64,000 bases of DNA from IMG/VR virus record IMGVR_UViG_3300013368_000005, positions 64,001 to 128,000 of that record, one strand, 5' to 3'. The position numbers and the translations under genes are program-made. Below are positions 36,875-46,592 of this stretch, in pieces. Each line of letters starts with the position of its first letter. Position 1 is the stretch's first letter. Below the pieces are notes generated by a model. That model saw only the letters and a program-made list of their open reading frames with translations. It had not been told where the DNA came from and searched no databases. This DNA is from a virus. Its lineage: Duplodnaviria > Caudoviricetes.

Positions 36875-38071
36875 ATGATACCAATGGTTAAATTTATATC
36901 TGAGGAAGAGCAAATATATAATTTAAATATAAAAAATAATACATTAAGGGGAACATTAAAAGAAGTTCATATAGCAGATATTCATTTTGGGGTATTAGAT
37001 CCAAAATATCAATACACTATTTTGACAGAACAATTTACAAATAAATTGATTAATTTAGATTTTGATGTATTGGTCATAGATGGAGATTTATATGAGCACA
37101 AATTTATGAGTAGTTCAGACCCTATAATGTATGCATCATTATTTGTAAATGATCTTATAAATTTATGCAGAATTAAATCTGCCACATTCGTTATTCTTCA
37201 TGGTACTAAATTGCATGATGATAATCAACTAAAAATGTTTTATCATTATCTAACTGATGAAACAGTAGATGTAAGAATAGTAGAAACTCCAAAATTTGAG
37301 TATATTAAAGGGGCTAAAGTATTGTGTATACCAGAAATGAATAATTTAGAGTCTTCGATATATGAAAATTTACTATATTATTCAGGATGGTATGATACTG
37401 CATTTGTGCATGGGGAATATTTAGGTTCTATATATAGAGAAAAAAATGTTGTCCCAACTCTAGAAGGGCATACTCCTATATTTACATTAGATCATTTCTG
37501 TTATTGCAAAGGACCAATATTATCTGGTCATGTCCATGTAACAGGATGTTTTGCTGGTTATTATTATTATTGTGGTTCACCATATAGATGGAAATTCGGT
37601 GAAGAACAAGAGAAAGGGTTTTTAATAGCTCTTCATAATTTAGATACACAATGGCATTATGTACATTTAGAACCTATAAAATCATATAGGTATGATACTA
37701 TTAATTTAGATATGATGTTGATTCAAGACCCAAAAGATGTAATTGAGTATGTAAATAAATTACAAGAGCAAGGAATAGATTATATAAGGTTAGAATTTAA
37801 AAAAGAATTAAATGATAAAGAGATAGCCAACTTAGAAATATTAAAGAAATATTATAGGTCTATTAAAACTGTTAAATTAAAAATAGATAATGCTAAGAAA
37901 AATGAAATGTTGAAAGCCAATGAAGAACTAATGCAACAATATAGTGAATATGACTTTATAATGGATAAAAATTTATCCCCAGAAGAAATATTCTGTAGAT
38001 ACGTAAATATACAAGAAGGTTGTGAATTTATATCTGTAAATGAGCTGGTTGAATTATTAAAAGAAGAATAA
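36875..38071 (+). CDS. Mre11/SbcD-like metallophosphoesterase nuclease
   Basis: ADIHFG, DGDLYE, HGTKLHD, VHG, SGHVH, YCGS motifs; late motif at 36848-36859. Confidence 0.88.
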   Translation: MIPMVKFISEEEQIYNLNIKNNTLRGTLKEVHIADIHFGVLDPKYQYTILTEQFTNKLINLDFDVLVIDGDLYEHKFMSSSDPIMYASLFVNDLINLCRIKSATFVILHGTKLHDDNQLKMFYHYLTDETVDVRIVETPKFEYIKGAKVLCIPEMNNLESSIYENLLYYSGWYDTAFVHGEYLGSIYREKNVVPTLEGHTPIFTLDHFCYCKGPILSGHVHVTGCFAGYYYYCGSPYRWKFGEEQEKGFLIALHNLDTQWHYVHLEPIKSYRYDTINLDMMLIQDPKDVIEYVNKLQEQGIDYIRLEFKKELNDKEIANLEILKKYYRSIKTVKLKIDNAKKNEMLKANEELMQQYSEYDFIMDKNLSPEEIFCRYVNIQEGCEFISVNELVELLKEE

Positions 38072-38146
38072 TTGAAAGTACTTGTAAAGGTACTTTCAAT
38101 TATATATTATAAATATAGAAATAATAAAAAGGGAGGATCAATTATT

Positions 38147-38392
38147 ATGAATATGAAAAAAGATTTGTTAATACAAGTTCATTGTAACGAATATAAATAT
38201 GAATCGGGATTGATAAAGAAGTGGGCTAATGAATTTTATAGTCTTCTATCATATGATAGAAGTACATGTATATCAACAATTAACTTTAAAGAAAAGGTTA
38301 TAAAAATACACAGTAAATTAAAATTTCAAAAAAGAATAATTAATAGGCAGCGATTATATGAAAAAAGAAAAAGATTAGGAAGATCACTATAG
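38147..38392 (+). CDS. hypothetical protein
   Basis: Start refined by GGGAGG RBS; early-type promoter variant at 38098-38119. Confidence 0.65.
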   Translation: MNMKKDLLIQVHCNEYKYESGLIKKWANEFYSLLSYDRSTCISTINFKEKVIKIHSKLKFQKRIINRQRLYEKRKRLGRSL

Positions 38393-38438
38393 TTTAATTT
38401 ATTAAAGTTTAAAAGAAAAAATAAAGAGGAGAGATATT

Positions 38439-39197
38439 ATGAATATGAATCAATTATGTAGGAGTTTAGCTAAATATACAAATTTTATAGCAAGGTGCAG
38501 CTGGGCAAATAAATCTATTGATAGGAAAACAATAGTAAGTACATCATATTATAAATTAATAGATGAAATATTAAAAGAAAATATTATAGACGAATTTAAA
38601 AATAAGATACAATTTTATTTCGATAAAAATGAACTAATTGAAAAGGATACTTTATATTATACAATAAAGGATTATAATATAGAATTTTATTATAAAAGAT
38701 TTCATTTTGTTGTGCCTGATATTGGTACATACGATACGATAGAACAGCTTGTAGAATATATAAATAATAAGACACGTTTTATCATAAATAATAAAGATTT
38801 ATTTATAGATATAGAAAAATATATTGATGCAGTAAATCAATTAAAATGTGAATTGTATAGTAAAAATAATATAAATATATTTGAAATAGGTATGTTCGAA
38901 ATTATTGTGATGGATAGAACTATATTGTTCTATGAAAATAATGTAGTACCTGGACATTCTCATGAAAACACCGATTTCATAAGCATAGATAAATTTAAAG
39001 AGATTGATAATAATGAATATAGAAATTATTACTTAGATAAATTAATAGATTTCCATATAAATTCTGTGAGGGATAAGATAAATGAAAATATAAAAATTCA
39101 ACAACAAAAATTAATAGATTTAGATGAAAATGAAACTGAATTAATAAATTTAAAAGAAACAATTAGAGATATAAGGGGTGTTAATCATGGAGAATAA
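38439..39197 (+). CDS. hypothetical protein
   Basis: RBS GAGGAG. Confidence 0.7.
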   Translation: MNMNQLCRSLAKYTNFIARCSWANKSIDRKTIVSTSYYKLIDEILKENIIDEFKNKIQFYFDKNELIEKDTLYYTIKDYNIEFYYKRFHFVVPDIGTYDTIEQLVEYINNKTRFIINNKDLFIDIEKYIDAVNQLKCELYSKNNINIFEIGMFEIIVMDRTILFYENNVVPGHSHENTDFISIDKFKEIDNNEYRNYYLDKLIDFHINSVRDKINENIKIQQQKLIDLDENETELINLKETIRDIRGVNHGE

Positions 39198-39357
39198 AAA
39201 ACATTTTACAATGGAATTGATAGCACATAATGATCCATTTGAACAAGGTATGGTTATATATGGGTTTAAAGAATATAAACAGACCTATATGACAATTCCA
39301 GAATATCGTACATGCGAGCATAATATTCATTTAGTATGTAACTATGATATAAACTAG
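39187..39357 (+). CDS. small hypothetical protein (56 aa; not in ORF track)
   Basis: AAGGGG RBS; MENKKHFTMEL...CNYDIN*; overlaps upstream stop. Confidence 0.6.
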   Translation: MENKKHFTMELIAHNDPFEQGMVIYGFKEYKQTYMTIPEYRTCEHNIHLVCNYDIN

Positions 39358-39408
39358 ACTCATTGTCTAGTTTATTTTTTCTATGTTCCTGTAAAAGAAG
39401 AAAAAATA

Positions 39409-39437
39409 AAAAGAGTATGCGTATTGCATACTCTTTT
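39409..39437. terminator. bidirectional terminator
   Basis: AAAAGAGTATGC-GTATT-GCATACTCTTTT; same stem as 57646-57673. Confidence 0.8.
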
Positions 39438-39440
39438 CTT

Positions 39441-40103
39441 TTATTTAGATTTATAATAAAAATAATATTTAGTTGTCTCTTGTGTTTGATGATTTGTTTC
39501 TATTATCTTATCAATTAATTCATTATTATATTCAAATTCTAATGTACTTATAAGTTTATTCTCCATCTTTTTGTGATGAAACTTTAACTTATTTTTATCA
39601 TATATAAGGATATCTTCAAATTTTCTAAGTATATTACTTATATTAATATAATTAGCAGATAATATTATATTTGTATCTTCATTGTAATGTCCGTATGCAG
39701 AGTTGGTATTGAAATCGCCATCACGACGATATATATCTTCTTTAACATTTCCAGTAGATCTATCAATTATTTGACTAATAATATTATTGCTATCATATTT
39801 ATATTGTTCGTATATATTATTATCCAGAATCGGGCTTCTAATACATTCTACTAATTCAGATCTAACACATTCTATTGGAATAAATTCATCATTATCATAC
39901 TTAAAAAGATAAGTGTTTGTTTTATTATCATTATATAATAATGTACAACGACATTCTGTTTCAGTTTCAGCCAAATTTGAATATATATTTAGTACGCTAG
40001 ATTTATCTTTTTCTCTTATAACTTCGCATGTAGATATAGCCACTTTATTATTCATTAACGATTTGGCAAATTCTATTTCTAATATTTTATCTATAAAATA
40101 CAT
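39441..40103 (-). CDS. hypothetical protein (degenerate YD-like repeats)
   Basis: YKYDSNN, FEYNNE units; operonic. Confidence 0.65.
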   Translation of the reverse strand: MYFIDKILEIEFAKSLMNNKVAISTCEVIREKDKSSVLNIYSNLAETETECRCTLLYNDNKTNTYLFKYDNDEFIPIECVRSELVECIRSPILDNNIYEQYKYDSNNIISQIIDRSTGNVKEDIYRRDGDFNTNSAYGHYNEDTNIILSANYINISNILRKFEDILIYDKNKLKFHHKKMENKLISTLEFEYNNELIDKIIETNHQTQETTKYYFYYKSK

Positions 40104-40119
40104 TACAATAACCCCCTAT

Positions 40120-40383
40120 TTATTTATATTTAAATTTAGATAAATCGACCCCTAGAGCCAATAATGCTAGCATTACGTAATCTTGTTTTTTCTTATCATC
40201 TATAAATGTAAATAATTCTTCTATACATTTTGTAAATAAATCATATGATACAGATGGTATCAGATGCCTTTCAAAAATATCGTATTCCTGTATACTATTT
40301 AATATACTTTTTACGCCTTTAAGGTAATTCTTTATCTCTGATTTATCATACCTTTCGTTTTCATATATTATTAAATTATTCAT
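40120..40383 (-). CDS. hypothetical protein
   Basis: RBS AGGGG. Confidence 0.65.
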   Translation of the reverse strand: MNNLIIYENERYDKSEIKNYLKGVKSILNSIQEYDIFERHLIPSVSYDLFTKCIEELFTFIDDKKKQDYVMLALLALGVDLSKFKYK

Positions 40384-40444
40384 TTTTTTACCCCCTATTT
40401 TATAAAAGAATTAGGTATGATATACTTATCATACCTAAAAAATT

Positions 40445-41203
40445 TTATTCATATATATAATTTATGCACTCTCTTGTATGTTCTTTTTTAGTATTATTAA
40501 TAATTTCTTGTTTTAGTAACTTATTTTCATCATCATAGGTATTGTGGAATATATTAGTTTCTTTTATTTTATTAGTTTTTGAGCATGTTACTCGACGGGT
40601 AATTTTTATTTTATTACCATTTTCATCATATTCATATAATAAATTTATAAGATCAAAATTATTCTTCTTATATTTATCATAACAAATTGAATTTGTTTCT
40701 CTTATAGTTCCATCTTTATTTAATGATGACATACCAACGATATTCTTACCTATATATTTGCTATATTTATTATCCTCATAAATAATATTATTTTTAAGGG
40801 TTTCATTATTCATAAATGAACCAATTTTTCTACCTTGATTGTCATATGAATGGTGTATTGTACGAATTTTTTCACCTTTATAATATTTTTCTCTTCTTAT
40901 AAGATTATTATTATCATCATAAAAATATAATAATTTATATTTAAGTGAATCAGATGAATTCTCATTTACTTCATATATTAATCCATTTCCATTTATAAGA
41001 TATTCTGTTTTAACCTCTCTTTCATTAAATACTCTTATTATTTTCTTCTCTTGATATATAAATACATATTCTTCTTTATAATCTATTTCTAACGAATTCA
41101 AATCTGTATATACCAAATTATTACACTTGCATTTATATATTCCTTTTTTAAACAAACTCTCTAATTGTTCATGATCTAAAAGAACTGACTTAAATATTTT
41201 CAT
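40445..41203 (-). CDS. YD/RHS-like repeat protein
   Basis: YDDNNNLI, YDNQGRKI, YDENGNKI, YDDENKLL units. Confidence 0.7.
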   Translation of the reverse strand: MKIFKSVLLDHEQLESLFKKGIYKCKCNNLVYTDLNSLEIDYKEEYVFIYQEKKIIRVFNEREVKTEYLINGNGLIYEVNENSSDSLKYKLLYFYDDNNNLIRREKYYKGEKIRTIHHSYDNQGRKIGSFMNNETLKNNIIYEDNKYSKYIGKNIVGMSSLNKDGTIRETNSICYDKYKKNNFDLINLLYEYDENGNKIKITRRVTCSKTNKIKETNIFHNTYDDENKLLKQEIINNTKKEHTRECINYIYE

Positions 41204-41222
41204 AATTAATCTCCTCCTCTAT

Positions 41223-41417
41223 TTATAAAAGACGTGTTAAACAATTCTCTACTGCTTCTCCAACTTTTTTACTTCCATACATACTTCCATCTGAAAACCC
41301 ATCTAAATAAGCATCAATGTAACCCTTAATATAATCATCTGATTTATTATTTTTTCTTAACAGAACTATTTTCTCATTTAGCACTGCTACATTTTTAAGC
41401 ATTCTTTCTTCATCCAT
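41223..41417 (-). CDS. small hypothetical protein
   Basis: RBS GAGGAGAGG; GYxDAYxDGFxDG motif. Confidence 0.65.
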   Translation of the reverse strand: MDEERMLKNVAVLNEKIVLLRKNNKSDDYIKGYIDAYLDGFSDGSMYGSKKVGEAVENCLTRLL

Positions 41418-41440
41418 ATCTTCATCATCCTCTCCTCTAT

Positions 41441-41860
41441 TTATAAATTTATATAAAACTTATGATTAATATATTCATGATTAGAATGAAAACTAGCTCC
41501 AATGTTCTTATAGAAATGTATTAAATCGCTTCTACATTCTCCTTCTATATATTTAAATCCCCACTGTTTGCCTATATCCTTTAAGTTTATCATAGCTATA
41601 GTACCATATCCTTTATTTCTATATTCTTCCTCAATTTCAAAATATTCTAAATATATAGAATTTGTTTCTCCATCATCAGCCATTACTCTCATATGACCAA
41701 TATATTGATTTATAATAAAAATTTCCATATCGCCTTGTAAATCAACAAAATTTTCTTTTGTAAAATTCATTCCTGGTATTTTAAAATTAATTTTATTTTC
41801 CATATCCATCATCCTATCATTATAATAATTTAAACTCTTATAAATTGTTTCTATATTCAT
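41441..41860 (-). CDS. GNAT-family N-acetyltransferase
   Basis: Acetyl-CoA motif EYRNKGYGT and FYKNIG. Confidence 0.85.
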   Translation of the reverse strand: MNIETIYKSLNYYNDRMMDMENKINFKIPGMNFTKENFVDLQGDMEIFIINQYIGHMRVMADDGETNSIYLEYFEIEEEYRNKGYGTIAMINLKDIGKQWGFKYIEGECRSDLIHFYKNIGASFHSNHEYINHKFYINL

Positions 41861-42299
41861 TTCTAGGTTTTAATGATTTAACCCATTCTAATAGATTTAT
41901 ATTTGTCTTCATTATCTCAATATCTAAATTATTTGCCTTTATTTTATTATATATTTTTCTGATTACTATACTACCATTGACTAATATTTCATCCTCTATT
42001 GTAAACCCGCATGGGATATTATCTGGAATATAGATACTATGTTTAAATGCGATATAGGTGCTTATAGTTTCTAAACTAGCATCATAATGACCGCTACAAC
42101 TCCAAGAAGTCTTATAATCTTTTCTATTCAGTATTTCAATAGTAGGCAATATTAAATCGTCGATTTCAAATATCACACCGCCACAATTAGTTAATGGGCA
42201 CTTCGTATACCCATTATATTTTTTTGTATAAATATCATCTGTTTGATTTAATACTTCTTTACGAAATTTATTAAAACAATCTAAACAAATATAACCCAT
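41838..42299 (-). CDS. zinc-binding hypothetical protein
   Basis: CLDC...CPLTNC and LNRKDYKTSWSCSGH motifs. Confidence 0.7.
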   Translation of the reverse strand: MGYICLDCFNKFRKEVLNQTDDIYTKKYNGYTKCPLTNCGGVIFEIDDLILPTIEILNRKDYKTSWSCSGHYDASLETISTYIAFKHSIYIPDNIPCGFTIEDEILVNGSIVIRKIYNKIKANNLDIEIMKTNINLLEWVKSLKPRNEYRNNL

Positions 42300-42322
42300 A
42301 GATATTCCTCCAAACTTTATAT

Positions 42323-43084
42323 TTATTGATATATAAAACTATAATCATACTCTTCTGTATATAAACTTATTTGATTATTATTTATTTTCTTTTCTAACAT
42401 TGTTATTTTATTTATATTTTTATACCCTTTATAGTTATAAGTATATTTAATTTCACTAGTTTTAGTTGTATTATCATTATTTATAACACATATTTCTTTA
42501 ATTAATTTATCTCTATTATACTCATAATTACATTTTATATTATTATTAGATTCATATAATCCATGTTGGCAATAAGATAAAATATTTCCTAATGTATCTA
42601 ATTTAACCAATCCTCTATCTTTATCAGATTGTATACATACATTTATACTTCCATCTTCATTATTAGCATATTGAAAATTAAATTTTTTATGTCTTTTAGC
42701 AGATGATAAATGTTTATTAAAACTTTCCTTAATAATACTAGTTACTAGATTTTCTTGATTTATAAGATAATTTATACAACCAGTAAACTGTCCTTTATTA
42801 TACGTATATATAAATTCTAATTTATTATTATAATATATATACTCTCTATACTTTTCCATTTTGTCATTAATTAATAAAAATATTTCACTTATTAAATCTT
42901 TATACGAATGTATTAGATAAATTTTATTTTTCTTTTTATCATTTTGTATAATAGTCTCATATATTCTTCGTGAATTAGTATCAAAATCATAAATAGCATA
43001 TTCTTTTTTATTACATAATACAGTGCATTTATTAATACTATTTTTAAACATCGTTACTAGTTCGTCATTACTAAACTTGAACAT
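42323..43084 (-). CDS. hypothetical protein (degenerate YD-like repeats)
   Basis: First gene of a minus-strand operon; RBS AAGGGGG. Confidence 0.7.
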   Translation of the reverse strand: MFKFSNDELVTMFKNSINKCTVLCNKKEYAIYDFDTNSRRIYETIIQNDKKKNKIYLIHSYKDLISEIFLLINDKMEKYREYIYYNNKLEFIYTYNKGQFTGCINYLINQENLVTSIIKESFNKHLSSAKRHKKFNFQYANNEDGSINVCIQSDKDRGLVKLDTLGNILSYCQHGLYESNNNIKCNYEYNRDKLIKEICVINNDNTTKTSEIKYTYNYKGYKNINKITMLEKKINNNQISLYTEEYDYSFIYQ

Positions 43085-43113
43085 AAATAATTTCCCCCTT
43101 TATTTTGTTTTTA

Positions 43114-43135
43114 TACATTTATATAATATATAATT
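43114..43135 (-). promoter_or_regulatory. putative early phage promoter
   Basis: Minus strand reads AATTATATATTATA-TAAA-TGTA upstream of 43084. Confidence 0.7.
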
Positions 43136-43260
43136 ACCTTATTGTTTACATATAAGTAACAGTGCTATACTAACCATATAAGGATGATATAGTTAGTTGT
43201 AATAAATAAAAATATGACTAACAATAAAGTACTCAATTAAAAATAATAGGGGTGGATGTT

Positions 43261-45084
43261 ATGAATTTAGAACGAAGAAAAAAATATCAAAATCAAGGTA
43301 GAACAGCAGTTCAAACAGATAAAAAAATAGATATAAATTTTGATTTAAATGCATTAAATTTAATGTGTGTATATGTATTATCAGAGAATAGAAATATAAG
43401 AAGATCTCATCTAATAAATATGAGAAACTTATTTGAAATAATAGATTTAGATTTATATATAAATGATATAGAAAAAATGAAGAGAGTAAATTTTATTAAA
43501 AAAGGATTGGAAGGAAAGCTATTACATAATTTAAAAAACTCTGTAATAGTTATGAAATATATAAATGGTGGATTAATGGATGATGATATTATTGATATAA
43601 ATAATTTTGTATCATTATCCAATGAAGAGTTAATGTGGATTAATGAAACAGTATCAGAGTCTTTAAACTATGCTTTCATCTATAATGATATAGATAAGAT
43701 GATTGATATATGTACAAGATTTAAAGCTGCTGATTATAGAAGCAGAGGGGTTATAGTAGACGAAATACAAGGACTTATAAATGATATGCAGACTAAATTC
43801 AGGAGGACAAGAGTTCAAAGTTTATCTGAAGTTAGTTTCTGTCTAAAACAAGGACTAATGGAAGAAGTAGTTGCAGATATTCATGAGCAATTAACAAGTC
43901 CATCACGTAGATTAATCACAGGAATGCAAGGATTAAATGAATTACTAGGTGGAGGATTTGAAAGTACTAGAGTTTATATGTTATTGGGTTTAACAGGTGT
44001 AGGTAAATCTGTAACATTATTAAATATAGCTTATCAAATTAAAAAATATAATAAATCTTATAAACCAAAAGACCCAACTAAAATTCCAGCAATTTTATAT
44101 GTAACGATGGAAAATACAGTTGCAGAGACTGTTGATAGATTGTTCACAATGTCTACAACAGCAGATGATATGAAAAATCATAGTAAAGAAGACGTAATAA
44201 ACATGCTTAGGACAGAAGGAGAATTATTCCTTACTGATTCTGATCCAATAGATATAGTAATTAAATTCGTGCCAGATAGATCGGTAGATACAGGATATCT
44301 ATATACAATGGTTGAGGATTTAGAAGATGAAGGATATGAAGTAATAGCATTAGTACAAGACCATATTAAGAAAATAAGGTCAGCATATAAACATAATGAT
44401 ATAAGATTGGAACTAGGTTCTATAGTGAATGAGTTTAAGGTATTTTCTGCTTTAAAGGACATGCCAGTTATAACTAACTCTCACTTAAATAGAGAAGCTG
44501 CTAGAGTTGTAGATGAAGGTAGGAAACATAATAAAGCTGATTTAACTAGAATGCTAGGACGAGCTAATGTTGGAGAATCAATGCTTATGATAGATAACTT
44601 AGATTGTGCATTCTTAATAGGATTAGAATTTGATGCTCAAGGTAATAAATATATGGCATTTAATAGAATTAAAATGAGATATAAAGCTACAAATAGGGAT
44701 TATATATGCCATCCGTTTGTTCCAGGAAATGGGATTAAACTTGTAGAAGATTATTATCTTCAAGTTCCTGTATTTAAAGATTCTCTCAAAGTACAACCAG
44801 AGGAAAGTAGTCTTTATAATGCTCATCAAGTTCAAAGAAAAGAACCTGCGTATGCGAGTAATATTAGAGATATTGATGATATCCTTACTAATAAAACTAT
44901 TGATGATGATGTAAATATATTTACAGCTTCAAGATATATGTCACAACCTAATATCACCCAAATATATCTGGAAGAAGATAATGTAATAGATGTTGAAACA
45001 ATGCCAGCATTAGTTGCAGGGAAGAGATCAACATCAACTCGTGAATTACAACCAATGGTAACATTTAAAAGAGATGTAGCGTAA
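43261..45084 (+). CDS. dnaB: replicative DnaB-like helicase
   Basis: ITGMQGLNELLGGGF, Walker A GLTGVGKS, YVTMEN, VQDHI, NSHLNR; ATG 43261 preferred over GTG 43252. Confidence 0.88.
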   Translation: MNLERRKKYQNQGRTAVQTDKKIDINFDLNALNLMCVYVLSENRNIRRSHLINMRNLFEIIDLDLYINDIEKMKRVNFIKKGLEGKLLHNLKNSVIVMKYINGGLMDDDIIDINNFVSLSNEELMWINETVSESLNYAFIYNDIDKMIDICTRFKAADYRSRGVIVDEIQGLINDMQTKFRRTRVQSLSEVSFCLKQGLMEEVVADIHEQLTSPSRRLITGMQGLNELLGGGFESTRVYMLLGLTGVGKSVTLLNIAYQIKKYNKSYKPKDPTKIPAILYVTMENTVAETVDRLFTMSTTADDMKNHSKEDVINMLRTEGELFLTDSDPIDIVIKFVPDRSVDTGYLYTMVEDLEDEGYEVIALVQDHIKKIRSAYKHNDIRLELGSIVNEFKVFSALKDMPVITNSHLNREAARVVDEGRKHNKADLTRMLGRANVGESMLMIDNLDCAFLIGLEFDAQGNKYMAFNRIKMRYKATNRDYICHPFVPGNGIKLVEDYYLQVPVFKDSLKVQPEESSLYNAHQVQRKEPAYASNIRDIDDILTNKTIDDDVNIFTASRYMSQPNITQIYLEEDNVIDVETMPALVAGKRSTSTRELQPMVTFKRDVA

Positions 45085-45097
45085 TGCTACATCTCTT
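45069..45097. terminator. bidirectional terminator
   Basis: AAGAGATGTAGC-GTAAT-GCTACATCTCTT spanning convergent stops. Confidence 0.75.
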
Positions 45098-45503
45098 CTA
45101 GTTTGTATCTATTATTTAAAATAAGTTCTTTCTCAGAATTATATATAGAAGATAATAATGATTGTACCACATCAACTCTAAGCATTTTTAGTTTTCTAAA
45201 ATTAAATTCTTTTACATTACAAATATTATTCATATATAATATAAGAAAATATAATTCTGTTGAACCATATATATCATACGCTAATAATTTAGGTTTATAA
45301 ACATATTTCTGATATTCTGTTTCAGTAAACTCTACAGTAACTGATAGATCATTCAATTCGTGTAGATAGTCATTTAAAACATTGTATATTACTAGCTGTA
45401 CATTATTCATTTTTTCTATTATAGATAATTCTTGATATGCGATCTTAGTAACTGGTGCAGATGCTATAAATTGTTCAACTGTATAAGTTTGTTCTGGTCT
45501 CAT
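45087..45503 (-). CDS. baseplate wedge protein, T4 gp53/LysM-like
   Basis: YKPKLLAYDIYGSTELYFLILYMNNI matches the gp53/LysM pattern RPDxLAxxxYGxxxLxWxILxxN. Confidence 0.7.
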   Translation of the reverse strand: MRPEQTYTVEQFIASAPVTKIAYQELSIIEKMNNVQLVIYNVLNDYLHELNDLSVTVEFTETEYQKYVYKPKLLAYDIYGSTELYFLILYMNNICNVKEFNFRKLKMLRVDVVQSLLSSIYNSEKELILNNRYKLEEM

Positions 45504-45505
45504 AA

Positions 45506-46057
45506 TTAAATCCTCCCTATTATTTTACATTCATTTATATTTCCACCTGCAAAAGATACTATAAATTTGTCTCCAGCTTTTCCTTGAGGGTCAGGATTTT
45601 TAATGTCATGATTTAAGTCTGGAGCATCCATATTTATTCCAGATGATGATATAGGTGATTCTGCTATGACAGAATCTATTCTACTATCTGCATATGATTT
45701 TATTTCATTCATTTTATTTTGTGCAAATTGTAATACTTCTGATATTCTATTATCTGAATCTGTTATACTTTTATTTACATAATCATATATATGATTATAA
45801 TCTGCTAATTGCAAAGGAACATATAAATTTATATAGTTTCCTGTAACTATATCTCCTATAACTAAGTTTTTGGAATCTTTATTCATTATATTTTTCTTTA
45901 TAATAGAATGACTTGTTAATTTGGCATATTTATTATCTATAAGTGACATTAGAGCAGGAATAAAAAATTGAACAGTATCTCCATATTTATAATCATTCAT
46001 TGCTATAGCGACTTCGTTATAATCGGTTTCTGTACCTATAAATGTTGAATTATTCAT
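45506..46057 (-). CDS. putative baseplate spike/hub OB-fold protein (gp5/gpV-like)
   Basis: FFIPALM and C-terminal GDKFIVSFAGGNINECKIIG resemble the gp5/VgrG OB-fold motif; late motif at 46088-46099. Confidence 0.5.
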   Translation of the reverse strand: MNNSTFIGTETDYNEVAIAMNDYKYGDTVQFFIPALMSLIDNKYAKLTSHSIIKKNIMNKDSKNLVIGDIVTGNYINLYVPLQLADYNHIYDYVNKSITDSDNRISEVLQFAQNKMNEIKSYADSRIDSVIAESPISSSGINMDAPDLNHDIKNPDPQGKAGDKFIVSFAGGNINECKIIGRI

Positions 46058-46133
46058 TTTAACTTACCTCCTAACAATAAATTAAATTAATAAAATGTTG
46101 ATACAATAAATTAAAAATTAGGAGTGATACTAA

Positions 46134-46574
46134 ATGGATAAAATTACGTATACAATAATGAATGAAATAGGATTAGATATAGACGTTCTAGGAAGAGTAG
46201 TTGATCAGGATTATGATACAGTTATTTATATGAACGGTAAAACAATTAAAGCAAATTATAACGATAATATAAATACACCTATAGCTAGAAATGAGGTATT
46301 ATTTAACCCATTATTCGATGCCAAACTTGGTAAATATTTATTTGGATACTATTTAAAAAAAATAGCAGAGTTAGATGAAAGAAAATTTGATTTATTCTAT
46401 GCTCAACAGGATTCTACTGATAATAGAAAATCGTATTTAGAAATTAGGGGAGCAGATGAGGTTATACGTGGTAAATCATATTTCTCTGAAAGTCTAAAAA
46501 TTATGGATTTACTTTTAAGAACAGCAGGTCATTTAGATACAGATTTGTCTTTTCTTGACAATCAAATGATATAA
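46134..46574 (+). CDS. hypothetical protein
   Basis: RBS AGGAG; late motif at 46073-46084. Confidence 0.7.
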   Translation: MDKITYTIMNEIGLDIDVLGRVVDQDYDTVIYMNGKTIKANYNDNINTPIARNEVLFNPLFDAKLGKYLFGYYLKKIAELDERKFDLFYAQQDSTDNRKSYLEIRGADEVIRGKSYFSESLKIMDLLLRTAGHLDTDLSFLDNQMI

Positions 46575-46592
46575 TGGAATGAGGTAATATAT

